Of a DNA stretch of 64,000 nucleotides, positions 9,388-18,304 are shown in pieces; within the stretch, counting starts at the first letter, position 1; each line of letters begins with the position of its first letter. This DNA is from an uncultured delta proteobacterium. Its GTDB lineage: Bacteria > Myxococcota_A > Polyangia > Fen-1088. The notes under the pieces are model-generated. The model saw nothing but the letters and a program-made list of their open reading frames with translations. It had not been told where the DNA came from and searched no databases. The position numbers and the translations under genes are program-made. Location: the NCBI GenBank assembly GCA_963796685.1, contig CAWCMR010000020.1:32001-96000 (forward strand), given 5' to 3'.

Positions 9388-10614
9388 TCACGCCGCCACC
9401 GTTCCCAAGAAGCTCGGCTCGATGCCCAGCCGGTGCATCGCCTGGACGAGCACCGAAAGGTTCTGGCAGAGCGCCTTGCACAGAATCTCGTTCACCTGGG
9501 CGGTGAAGGTCTTGGAGCGCACGGCATGACCGAACTTCCGCTTGACCGCCGAGAAGGTGCTCTCGATGTTGTTGCGCTTTCCGTAGGCGGCCAGGAACTC
9601 CTCTTGCTTGAACATGAAGACGGCGTGCATCTTGCGCCACGCGGGCGAGCCGTCGCTCTGGCTGTTGACCTTGAAGGGCACGAAGGGAGCGGCGCCAGCG
9701 GCTTCGATGGCGGCGAGGTTTTCGTGCGCGAGGTACGCCTTGTCGGCTGAAACCTCGGCGATGCCGAAGTGCTGCTTGGTGGCTGCGACCAATCCCGGAA
9801 GCTCGGGGCAGTCCGCGCCTTCGCTCGTGGTGACCTTGACCGATGTGATGACCTGGGTCGTGGTCCCGACCATCGCGTGCGCCTTGAGCCACGTCGCCTT
9901 CTTCATTTCCTTCCCGTACTTGGCATCGAACCAGCGGCGGTAGACGGCGGCGCTGAAACCCGTGGAGTCGACCGCGAAGCTCGTCTCGATGCTCGCCAGC
10001 GGCGCCGCGCTCTTCTCGATGAGGCTGGTCAGGATGGCCGTCATCTCAGGCTTCTCGAACGCGGCCAAGACGCTGTTGTAGTGCGGGGTTCGGGTCATGT
10101 TGCCAGCTTCGGCGCTGTCTTTGATGTCCGTGCTCGCTCGGCGAGCCGACATCGTGGTGTAGACTTTCAAGACCATCGCGTAGACCGCATCGGACATTGG
10201 GATCGGCTTGGGACCGCGGCCAGGGTGGGCTGGCGTCTGGATACCGTCGCAGAGGCCACGTAGCAGGGCCTGGACGGTCTCCTTCTCACCGACCTGGGCA
10301 GCGTTGTAGGCCGACCAGTCGCGCTCGGTGGTGTGGCTGTAGCTGAAAGATTGGGTCACGGTCTGGTTTCCGTGGGAGTCGGTCTCGACGGTCTGCGCGA
10401 ACGAAATCGCCCACTGGTGCTTGCAGCGGCAGCGGCGAAGCTCGAAGTCGGGACAGGTGCAGGTCTTTGCGGCGGTATTGACGACGTAGCCGCCAGCGTT
10501 ATGCGTCTGCGATGGGACAAGCCAGGTCACGCCAGCGATGTGCTTGATCCGGCGGTCGTTGGAAAGGATGCGTCCGCGCTCTTGCCGAAGGTCCGTTTCG
10601 TTCGTCGTGTCCAT
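9388..10614 (-). CDS. DDE transposase with N-terminal SWIM zinc finger
   Basis: SWIM CTCPDF-x-CRCKH; catalytic AVDSTGF and ADKAY; YGKRNNIESTFSAVK fits Y-2-R-3-E-6-K. Confidence 0.92.
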   Translation of the reverse strand: MDTTNETDLRQERGRILSNDRRIKHIAGVTWLVPSQTHNAGGYVVNTAAKTCTCPDFELRRCRCKHQWAISFAQTVETDSHGNQTVTQSFSYSHTTERDWSAYNAAQVGEKETVQALLRGLCDGIQTPAHPGRGPKPIPMSDAVYAMVLKVYTTMSARRASTDIKDSAEAGNMTRTPHYNSVLAAFEKPEMTAILTSLIEKSAAPLASIETSFAVDSTGFSAAVYRRWFDAKYGKEMKKATWLKAHAMVGTTTQVITSVKVTTSEGADCPELPGLVAATKQHFGIAEVSADKAYLAHENLAAIEAAGAAPFVPFKVNSQSDGSPAWRKMHAVFMFKQEEFLAAYGKRNNIESTFSAVKRKFGHAVRSKTFTAQVNEILCKALCQNLSVLVQAMHRLGIEPSFLGTVAA

Positions 10615-10622
10615 GTGGATAG

Positions 10623-10642
10623 TATTACCTAGCTAAGTAATA
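10623..10642. promoter_or_regulatory. 20-bp palindrome (putative operator) upstream of the transposase
   Basis: TATTACCTAGCTAAGTAATA, one mismatched pair, in an AT-rich divergent spacer. Confidence 0.55.
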
Positions 10643-10719
10643 TTAGCAAGGACAATCTACAGAGCAATAGTAGAAAGGTTTACTTTACTACGGAGGAGCG
10701 GGCGTGTATCCTGGCGGGC

Positions 10720-10902
10720 ATGGCTGAAATCATGATCAAGGTGCCGGGCTACCGCTGCGAGCGCTGCGGCCACGAGTGGGTGGCCAGGGCGTCGCGCAAC
10801 GCGCCGCAAGCGAAGAAAGGCGAGACTGCGCGCCCAAGGCTGTGCCCATCATGCAAGAGTGCATGGTGGGACGTAGCCCCGAAGAGCGAAGCGAAAAAGT
10901 AA
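10720..10902 (+). CDS. Small C4 zinc-ribbon protein
   Basis: CERCGHEW...CPSCKSAWW, 60 aa, divergent from the transposase. Confidence 0.7.
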   Translation: MAEIMIKVPGYRCERCGHEWVARASRNAPQAKKGETARPRLCPSCKSAWWDVAPKSEAKK

Positions 10903-10910
10903 CCCGTTGG

Positions 10911-12050
10911 TTACTTCACAAGACGGATAGAATCTCCTGGATTTCCAGGCGTCGGTTGTATCCGATACGACGCAAGCAACTCCGGCGTGTTCCAGTGGGC
11001 GAGATCGGCCAACTGGTTGACGGTGTATCCGAGGGTTTCTGTGTGGAAGTCGAGCATCTCTTGAAGCGTTCTCGGTATTTCGCGAGCTGGCTCCAACTCT
11101 GCTGGCTCACGCATTCGATACCCCATTTTTGCAATCTGAACCCATAGGTATCGAGCTTGCGGTTCTGTTATGGTGCCGAGATTCTCGGCCCGTTTTAGAA
11201 GGGCCTGCATTGATACCTTCCAATAGGGCTTCATCGAGGCCAGCTTTTGCACGGTAAGATTGTGGAGTTGGCTTCGAATTTCTTCGGCCGGCATCAGGAA
11301 CTCGGCAGCAAAGGCGTTGGCCTCGTCTTCGATGTGAGGTGACAGCGTGGCATGCATAACCATGTGCCCGATCTCGTGGGCGAGCGTCAGGCGTTCGCGA
11401 TCTTGGGGGATTGTCTCATTCACAAAGAACATCGGCGGCAAGCCGGGAACCCACCTGCTTACAGCATCAACAAGGTTGGTCCCGAAAGCGAACCTCACGA
11501 CTACCCCGCCGGCCTCCTCGATGGCGTCAACCACACTCGCGACTGGCCCCTTTGGCAAGTTCCATGAGCTTCTCACCGCATGTGCGATCTCGGATGGAGA
11601 TCCTCCGAACTCCTCCGGATCCAATCGAGGAAACTTCTCTTCTTCAAGTTCGGCGCTCTTGAGGAAAGAAAATACGTGGGCCATGCGGATGTTTATCTGA
11701 GCATGGATGCGCGCCATTTCCCGCGCTGATGTCGCCTTACGCTTGCGATGATAGAACTCGCTCGTGCTCGGCCCAAAGATGCGGAACTCTTGCGAGAAGA
11801 AGCTCTCGGGATAGTCAAGCTCCGTGGCCAATGTCGACACCAGTTGTAGGGGAACTGGAGCATGTCCAGTCTCTATCTTCGATAGCCTTCCTTGAGAAAT
11901 GTTCAGTCTTTCCGCAAGCTCCTTCTGTGTCATCCCGCGCGACTCTCGCGCAAGGACGACCATCTCGGGTGTTATCGATTTCCAGAATCCGCCATTCGAG
12001 TCGTTCCCGTCGTCACTTCTTCTTGTTTGATTCATCTGTTCTATCGACAT
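10911..12050 (-). CDS. XRE-HTH / ImmA-IrrE (M78, COG2856) metallopeptidase fusion
   Basis: ARESRGMTQKELAERLNISQGRLSKIETG; RLTLAHEIGH (HExxH); EANAFAAEFLMP; start uncertain (12050 or 12035). Confidence 0.92.
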   Translation of the reverse strand: MSIEQMNQTRRSDDGNDSNGGFWKSITPEMVVLARESRGMTQKELAERLNISQGRLSKIETGHAPVPLQLVSTLATELDYPESFFSQEFRIFGPSTSEFYHRKRKATSAREMARIHAQINIRMAHVFSFLKSAELEEEKFPRLDPEEFGGSPSEIAHAVRSSWNLPKGPVASVVDAIEEAGGVVVRFAFGTNLVDAVSRWVPGLPPMFFVNETIPQDRERLTLAHEIGHMVMHATLSPHIEDEANAFAAEFLMPAEEIRSQLHNLTVQKLASMKPYWKVSMQALLKRAENLGTITEPQARYLWVQIAKMGYRMREPAELEPAREIPRTLQEMLDFHTETLGYTVNQLADLAHWNTPELLASYRIQPTPGNPGDSIRLVK

Positions 12051-12639
12051 CCGCGGCCTCCTGTTTTCTAGGCTTGACGCGGCGTTTTGCGCCCTTATCT
12101 GGTTGTTCCTGTGGAATCGGAATAACTTGTGCCCCACTGGGCGGTACGATCTGCATTGTCCAGTGCGGAGGGTTCTTCCCGTTGGGACAGGTAAGCCATA
12201 TCTCTGACGTCAAAAGCTCCGCTTGCTTCTCCTGTCGATATCCAAGGTGTAGGTTCGTTGGATCTGGAACTCCTTCCAAGGTGAGCTGACCTGCGTTCTT
12301 CAAGAAGGAAAACGTTTGCTGGGTCATCACGTTGGAGGTGCGAAAGTTTCGATCGAGCTTCTTTAACTTGATCTGGTACTTGTCTTCAACCGTCGCCACG
12401 AAGAGTTTCGATTTTCTCTCGAAGCACCTCACCCCTTCCGGATTCCCATCTGGGAAAGCCTGCTCCATATGCCACCGCATGAGATCGTGGATGAGCGATG
12501 CAATGGACCTGCTGGACATCTTGTGCCGAAGTCCCCGATAGTCCGCGACGAACTCTTTGAGTGCCGCGTGGACCACATCATGAAGCCTCGTAAGAACAGG
12601 CTTCAGATCCTTCTTCGCGGTAGCCACAGAACGAACCAT
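12013..12639 (-). CDS. Hypothetical protein, putative toxin partner of the HTH-peptidase
   Basis: About 208 aa, RBS GAGGTG; overlaps the downstream peptidase gene; IKLKKL...SNVMTQ segment. Confidence 0.75.
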   Translation of the reverse strand: MVRSVATAKKDLKPVLTRLHDVVHAALKEFVADYRGLRHKMSSRSIASLIHDLMRWHMEQAFPDGNPEGVRCFERKSKLFVATVEDKYQIKLKKLDRNFRTSNVMTQQTFSFLKNAGQLTLEGVPDPTNLHLGYRQEKQAELLTSEIWLTCPNGKNPPHWTMQIVPPSGAQVIPIPQEQPDKGAKRRVKPRKQEAADVDRTDESNKKK

Positions 12640-12836
12640 CACTCACCTCAAATTTGTTTCATCCAAGGTACCATGGGAACACACAAACGCGCATAAAATA
12701 TTCCTAAAATATTCCATGTTGGTGTAAGTATTTGTTTTTGAAGTCTTTTTTCGCATCGCCGCAATGACATTTGGTACTATTGCGTTATGCTACCACGCCA
12801 TCTTGCGGATAGTCAGAATCGCGAGACAATGGCGAT

Positions 12837-13229
12837 ATGAGAAAGGTAGCTTGGCTTGCGCTGCCGCTGATCTTTGGCTGCACCACTCTCTCTCCGGAGC
12901 AACGCCGGGAACGAGACGAGGAGAATCAGCGGAGGGCCATGCGGCAGGAAATGGCCCAAGAACAGGCCAACAGGTGTCTTCAGGGGATGCCGATCCTTCG
13001 TGGCGATCCTCCCTACCAGTACCGCGTGATACAGGTGATCGAGGCTCAAGATGAAAGGGAACTCGTACAGGCTGCCTGCCAAGCGGGAGCGGATGCCGTG
13101 ATCTCAATCTTCACAGACAACGAAGAGACCACCACTACCGTCGGGGGCGGCCCCTATTTCGTTCGGGGTCGAACGAAGACCAAACACGCGCCGACGTTCG
13201 TCGGTCGCCTCATCGTGTACGCGCGGTGA
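12837..13229 (+). CDS. Hypothetical lipoprotein (transposon cargo)
   Basis: Lipobox IFGC; YRVIQVI...ACQAGADAVI resembles YbjQ/RcsF-like folds. Confidence 0.7.
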   Translation: MRKVAWLALPLIFGCTTLSPEQRRERDEENQRRAMRQEMAQEQANRCLQGMPILRGDPPYQYRVIQVIEAQDERELVQAACQAGADAVISIFTDNEETTTTVGGGPYFVRGRTKTKHAPTFVGRLIVYAR

Positions 13230-13317
13230 GCCTCGTTTTCTGAATTATTGGGCAGCCCGCCAAATTCGCCCGAATTAAAAGGCAGCTAGGCCGAAAAGCG
13301 AATCATTGGGCAAAGCC

Positions 13318-13430
13318 CCAGCCCGCCCTACCACCCCCGCGCTACGCGCGGCCTCGCCAACCCCTCGGCCCCTCCCCGCCACCCTCCTCCCCGCTCGCTT
13401 CGCTCGGCCTCGCGCGCTCTGGCTTCGCCA
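13318..13430 (+). repeat. Distal half of the interrupted REP-like repeat
   Basis: CCAGCCCGCCCTACCACCCCCGCGCTACGCGCGGCCTCGCCAACCCCTC is identical to 8132-8180. Confidence 0.9.
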
Positions 13431-13436
13431 TCGCGC

Positions 13437-14336
13437 CTAGGCGTTGCCGGCTCGGTAGGCGCCGGGCGAAACGCCGAAGCTCTTGCGAAAGACCTTGCAG
13501 AAGTAGTTGGCGTCACCGAACCCGCACTGCTCGGCGACTTTCTTGACCGTGAATCGGCTGCCGGCGATCAGCCGCATGGCCTCTTCAAGCCGTAGGCTGG
13601 CCAGGTAGCGACCGGGCGAGATCCCGCGCACTTTCTCGAACTGTCTGGAAAAGTGGAAGCGGCTCATCTTTGCGACACGGGCCATGTCGTCGACCCCGAT
13701 GGGCCGGGCGAGATTGAGCTGGCAGAACTTCTCGACGTCCAGGACGAAGGCCGGCACCGGTTGCGCCGACGGGGAGAGCCCACCGGCGACCTCCGTGCTC
13801 TGGCTCTGCAATGCCATGACGATGGCCCAGGCCAGCTCGGAAGATCGGTAGGACGATTCAATCTTGCCTTCAAGGGCGGTCGCGCACGCCTCCGCGGCGC
13901 GCTCCAGTGCGGGCGAGCTCTCGGCAAGCGCGATGATCGGGCCCGACTTCTCGATCATCCCCCGAACACCCCGCACGGCTTCGATCCCGCTCAGCAGGAC
14001 GTAGAAGAACTCCCAGCGTTCACCTTCCTCGATCCAATAGCGGTGCTTGTGCGGGAAGTGGAGCAGCATGGCCTGTCCCGGCTCCACGAACATTTGGTGG
14101 TCCTGGAATCGAAGTCTCCCCCGCCCACTCAGGGTGTACTGGATCAGCGCGAGCTCGGCATTGCCGCGCCGCCAGCCATCCCAATCGTAGCTGGGATCGT
14201 TCTCCTCTTTGAAGCCCGCGCTGTAGATGAGCGCTGGCAAAGGTCCGTGCAGGTTGGGAAACAGCAGGGTCTCCCGATGGCCCATTTGGTAGAGCCGCTC
14301 GATGCCTGAAAGACCCGTCAGCGTGGCTCCACTCAT
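13437..14336 (-). CDS. AraC-family transcriptional regulator
   Basis: N-terminal cupin (QYTLSGRG); C-terminal MSRFHFSRQF and CGFGDANYFCKVFRK. Confidence 0.92.
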   Translation of the reverse strand: MSGATLTGLSGIERLYQMGHRETLLFPNLHGPLPALIYSAGFKEENDPSYDWDGWRRGNAELALIQYTLSGRGRLRFQDHQMFVEPGQAMLLHFPHKHRYWIEEGERWEFFYVLLSGIEAVRGVRGMIEKSGPIIALAESSPALERAAEACATALEGKIESSYRSSELAWAIVMALQSQSTEVAGGLSPSAQPVPAFVLDVEKFCQLNLARPIGVDDMARVAKMSRFHFSRQFEKVRGISPGRYLASLRLEEAMRLIAGSRFTVKKVAEQCGFGDANYFCKVFRKSFGVSPGAYRAGNA

Positions 14337-14659
14337 GGTGGCTCCGTCCTCACACGGGGGCAGGTCTGGCCCGAGGGACTGGCCTGCAGGAAGTTCCGCG
14401 GATTGTGCGCTGAGCATAGGATTTCCTTTCAGCGCGGTGCGTGATGCGGGCGCCACGAACCCACGGGGTCGCTCGCCGCCTCGTGTTTTGCCGAGCGATT
14501 TCTCGCATGCCTCGTTCATGACCCGTTCGACCTCTCGTACCTCGCTCCCTGTGAATTCCCTCAACTCCCATCACTGATCATGGAGGTTTGCCCTTCGACG
14601 TCTTGCTGACTCGGCGGGTCTTTGACGCCCAGGCCCATGTGCCTGAGCCGACGGATGGG

Positions 14660-16222
14660 TTATAGGCGGCTGGCGTAGTCGATCTTCATCTGATCGTAGA
14701 GCGCCAGGTCGGGCTGGGCGGTGTAGGTGGTGCCCGATCGTCTGAGCAGGTCGTGCCCGGTGTTCCAGTCGCCCTGCGTGGTCGGCTCCCAGTTGAAGGT
14801 GCCGATGCCCTGGTCGTTGGCAAGGCCGTAGACCACATCGTTGATCTCGCGTTGCATGGGGCCGTACTCGGCCGCGAAGAACTTGATCTTGGGGTACTTG
14901 GTGGCGAGCCCGGTGAAGGTGTTCGTCCAGCCGGTCTTGGTATTCGTCGTGCTGTTGGGGTCGCCCTGGTACTTTTGATAGCACGACTCGCCGAAGGCAT
15001 CGAACACCACGCCCTGTTTGATGGCGTTGTCGATCCAATCGGTGGTGGTGGCCAGGGCCGCGCCCGTCTTGTCCGTCGGCTTGTCGCCACCGCGATCGAT
15101 GTGGCACGAGATGAGGATGGTGGTGTCCACGTCCTTGACGCCTTGAATGCCGGCCTTCAGCAGGGTGCCGAGGTTGGTCCAGTTGGAAGTGCTGCCAGTG
15201 ATTTTGTTGTTTCCCGTGGGCTGACCGCCGCTGTCGCAAACGTGGATCAGCATGCCGGGCGTGGTTTCGTTTCCGATTTGCACCATGTCGGGTCGGGCGC
15301 CGCCAGCGACCAGCTTGGCGATGGCGTCCTTGGTATAGTCGTGCACGGCGGTGGCCAGGTCGGCGATGGTGGTGAAGCTCTGCCACGCCACGGGGACGCA
15401 CTGCTTGCCCGGATCGGCCCAGTTGTCGCTGAAGTGGAAGTCGACCAAGAGGCCCATTCCCGCGTCCTTCACTTGCTTGCCGAAGGCCACGGTGTGGGTG
15501 ATGTCGTCGTAACCGTTGGTCTTGTCGTAGCCATCGGCCGCCCTGGGATCGACGAAGGTGCGCAAGCGGACGGCATTGAATCCGTGCGACTTCATGATGG
15601 TGAGCAGGTTGGCCCGCGTGGCATCGGGGGCAACCTCTTGATCGGTCACGTCCGCACCCAGGAAGTACGAGGCCGAGAAAGCGGTCGAGGAACCGCCTGC
15701 GCCGGTCGCGCCGCCCGTGTCAGTCACGCCGCCCGTAGCCGTCGCCCCGCCTATGCCAAGAGCGCCGCCGGTGTCTTTGGCGCCACCCGTGCTGATTGTC
15801 CCACCGGTCGCACTTGCCCCGCCTGTTCCCTTGGCGCCGCCGCTCCCGACTGCGCCGCCGCTCGCGCTGGCACCGCCCGAGCCCTTGTTTCCGCCTGTCG
15901 CCGCGTTTCCGCCGCTGCCGGTCGCACCGCCAGTTTCTATTGCTCCGCCCGAGCCCTTGGCACCGCCCGTGGCCGGGGGGGCGCCAGCTGCGCCACCCGA
16001 CCCGGTCGCCCCTCCCCGGGCCCTGCTCGAGCTGGTGGTGCCTCCCAAGCTCACCGCGCCGCCCGAACCGGTCGAGCCGCCGGCACCTCCGCTGGTCGTC
16101 GCGCCGCCAGAGCTGGTAGATCCCCCGCTGCCCCCGCTGCCGTTGGTCGAGCAGGCGGCAAGGAAGGCCGCGAGAGCAATGAGCGAGAGGGCACGAAGCC
16201 GAGGAATGGGTTGGGAATGCAT
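14660..16222 (-). CDS. GH53 arabinogalactan endo-beta-1,4-galactanase lipoprotein with Gly/Thr linker
   Basis: Lipobox LAAC; VRLRTFVDP, DFHFSDNWADPGKQ, MVQIGNET. Confidence 0.9.
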   Translation of the reverse strand: MHSQPIPRLRALSLIALAAFLAACSTNGSGGSGGSTSSGGATTSGGAGGSTGSGGAVSLGGTTSSSRARGGATGSGGAAGAPPATGGAKGSGGAIETGGATGSGGNAATGGNKGSGGASASGGAVGSGGAKGTGGASATGGTISTGGAKDTGGALGIGGATATGGVTDTGGATGAGGSSTAFSASYFLGADVTDQEVAPDATRANLLTIMKSHGFNAVRLRTFVDPRAADGYDKTNGYDDITHTVAFGKQVKDAGMGLLVDFHFSDNWADPGKQCVPVAWQSFTTIADLATAVHDYTKDAIAKLVAGGARPDMVQIGNETTPGMLIHVCDSGGQPTGNNKITGSTSNWTNLGTLLKAGIQGVKDVDTTILISCHIDRGGDKPTDKTGAALATTTDWIDNAIKQGVVFDAFGESCYQKYQGDPNSTTNTKTGWTNTFTGLATKYPKIKFFAAEYGPMQREINDVVYGLANDQGIGTFNWEPTTQGDWNTGHDLLRRSGTTYTAQPDLALYDQMKIDYASRL

Positions 16223-16379
16223 GGTTGTCTCTTGATGCGTTGCGAGTCGACGAATAGGGAATGGAAGCAGTCTGCTCCTCTTTGACAGTGGCGCGGGGTC
16301 GGAAAACCAATCACAGGCGAAGCACTTTCACTTCAGGGTAGCCGGGCAGGCGCACTGGGTCTAACCTGCGGTTCGCACC

Positions 16380-17144
16380 GTGCCAATGGACGTGAGCCAA
16401 CCCGAGGTCAGCCTTGCTCCCGACAGCGCCGAAAGCCTGCGACGGCTCTTCGACGACGAGCTGCGTTTTCGCCGTGTCTTCGTGGCCGGGGTGTTCCCGA
16501 TTCGCGAGCGGCAGCGCTGCCGCCTGGTGGTCGTGCACCCCCAGGGCGGATGCTTCTCCGTCGAGGCCGAAGTCGTCTATCTCAAAGCCGAGGAGCCCGG
16601 CGCTGGCGTCGGGCTCGATTTGGTGGGACTCGATGCCGACAAGCTCGTGGGCCTGCAGTCGTTCGTGCAGCAGGCCGCGAAGACCCAGGACGAGGACGAG
16701 GTCGAAGACGAGGTTGTCGCGGTGAAGGGCGAACCCGCTGGTCCGCGCAACGTCTACGAGCGCATTCGGCGGCTCAGCCTTCACGAGCGGGACAGGATGG
16801 CGCGACAGGGACTGCTGTCCGAACGCGTGGCGCTGGAACGCACCTTCGGTGGCAGCGTGTGGGAGGGACTTTTGCAGAACTCCTCGCTGACTGTTCCCGA
16901 GGTGGCCCAGATCGCCAAGAAAGGCACGTTGCCCCAACCCCTGGTGGCCGTGATTGTCGCCAACGGTGGCTGGTTGGCCAGCGGGGAGGTACGCCGAGCG
17001 CTGCTCGGCAATCCGCGCGTAAACGGCGCGCAACTCGATCGGGTTTTGCGGGCCACGCCCAAGCCCGAGCTGAAACAGATCGCCCAGATGTCGCCCTATC
17101 GTTCGCAAGTGCGCATGGCTGCCAAGAAGCTCCTCGGCGAATAG
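16380..17144 (+). CDS. Hypothetical protein (PilZ-like N-terminus plus helical C-terminus)
   Basis: VEAEVVY...GVGL segment; C-terminal RALLGNPR helical repeat seen in myxobacterial proteins. Confidence 0.6.
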   Translation: MPMDVSQPEVSLAPDSAESLRRLFDDELRFRRVFVAGVFPIRERQRCRLVVVHPQGGCFSVEAEVVYLKAEEPGAGVGLDLVGLDADKLVGLQSFVQQAAKTQDEDEVEDEVVAVKGEPAGPRNVYERIRRLSLHERDRMARQGLLSERVALERTFGGSVWEGLLQNSSLTVPEVAQIAKKGTLPQPLVAVIVANGGWLASGEVRRALLGNPRVNGAQLDRVLRATPKPELKQIAQMSPYRSQVRMAAKKLLGE

Positions 17145-17245
17145 TCTCACCACATTTTGCCTTGTCGCGGTACTCGACCTTGCTCGAATCCGTGCGACAA
17201 TCCCTTCCATGCTGGGCCCCGCGGCAGCGAATGGGTGAGGACTCC

Positions 17246-18151
17246 ATGACTGCACTGCTCGTTCTCGAACTCTTGCTTGGGACGTCGCTTGACAAGGCCA
17301 TCAAGGCGCCGAACGTGACCGTGGATTTCAGCGCGGTCGATCGCGAGTTGCTGGGAGAAACGGCCCTCCACGCGGCTTACAAGAACCTACTCGCGCGGCT
17401 GGCCGAGGACGGCTTTGCGATGACCGAGCCGAACCAGACCGGCGCCATCGTGGTCACGATCAGCCGCACCAGCGACCAGAATCTGAAGCTTCTCGTCGAG
17501 AGCGCCGCGGGAGCTCGATCGCGCAAGATCCACTTCGGCGAGAACGCGGGCGAACAAGAGGAATTCCAGCTCGTCCAGGCGACCATCGAGCTGGTGCGCG
17601 GCGCGCGCGACGACTTGTCCGCCATGGTCCTCCCCCCGACACAGTCCTCCGCGAGTCCCCACGCCGTCGGGGCCGAGCTTGCAGGCGCGATGCTGTGGAG
17701 CGGAGCCTCCACGGGTGTCATGGCCAACGTCGGCGCCGATGTCCGGCTTGGACCCGTGCAATTGACCTTGGGCTTGGTCGGGCACGAGCCGCTGGGCTTG
17801 CCGAGCGATCTGCGCATCTTCGAATGGGGAGCCCTTGCGGGCGCGCGCCTGGGCACACGGGCGTTTGCCCCCTGGTTGGCGTTGCAAGTGGCTCTGGACG
17901 GCGGCTTTCTGCAAGAGCGGTACGATTACACCGATGCCGCCGGGGCCAAGTCTCGCGGAGTCGTCAACGAGCCGATCGGCACCGGCAGCCTCGGCGCCGC
18001 GCTGGATGTTGCGAAGGGGCTGAGTATCGGCTTGGCGCTTGGAGCCTGGGTGACCCCGCACGCCCACGCGTACCTTGCGGCCAGCGGAACGCAGTGGAAA
18101 GCTCCGCGGTTGAGGCCTTTCGCTGGCGTGCGCCTGGAATACCTTCGCTGA
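17246..18151 (+). CDS. Hypothetical exported protein with beta-barrel-like C-terminus
   Basis: RBS GAGG; amphipathic strands ending PFAGVRLEYLR. Confidence 0.6.
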   Translation: MTALLVLELLLGTSLDKAIKAPNVTVDFSAVDRELLGETALHAAYKNLLARLAEDGFAMTEPNQTGAIVVTISRTSDQNLKLLVESAAGARSRKIHFGENAGEQEEFQLVQATIELVRGARDDLSAMVLPPTQSSASPHAVGAELAGAMLWSGASTGVMANVGADVRLGPVQLTLGLVGHEPLGLPSDLRIFEWGALAGARLGTRAFAPWLALQVALDGGFLQERYDYTDAAGAKSRGVVNEPIGTGSLGAALDVAKGLSIGLALGAWVTPHAHAYLAASGTQWKAPRLRPFAGVRLEYLR

Positions 18152-18165
18152 CGGGTCGGCAGCGA

Positions 18166-18276
18166 TCAACGAACGGCGGCGTACAGGTCTGCGATCTCCT
18201 GTTGCGACAGCGCGCGCTTGTAGACGCGGAGGTCGTCCAGCGAGCCGTCGAACAACGGATCGCGACAATCGGCCAC
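18166..18276 (-). pseudogene. LamG/concanavalin-like domain C-terminal remnant
   Basis: DPLFDGSLDDLRVYKRALSQQEIADLY*, only 36 codons. Confidence 0.6.
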
Positions 18277-18304
18277 GGGGCGCCCGCGCGGAGCCCGCGG
18301 CCGG

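Larger units (their letters stand above)
8338..13317. mobile_element. Cargo-carrying DDE transposon (IS5 family/IS903-like transporter IS), 4,980 bp
   Basis: TIR GGCTTTGCCCAATGATT (8338-8354) / AATCATTGGGCAAAGCC (13301-13317); direct repeat CCAGCCCGC at 8329-8337 and 13318-13326; internal transposase; visibly lower GC. Confidence 0.92.

Noticed and set aside
8462-13229. Integron cassette array or prophage
   Set aside because: No tyrosine integrase, attC-like sites or phage structural genes; boundaries are explained by TIRs and the target duplication.
8338-13317. RNA-guided (TnpB/IscB/CAST) or IS1595-type element
   Set aside because: No RuvC or Cas gene and no obvious guide locus; catalytic motifs and the 9-bp duplication fit IS5/IS903-like DDE.
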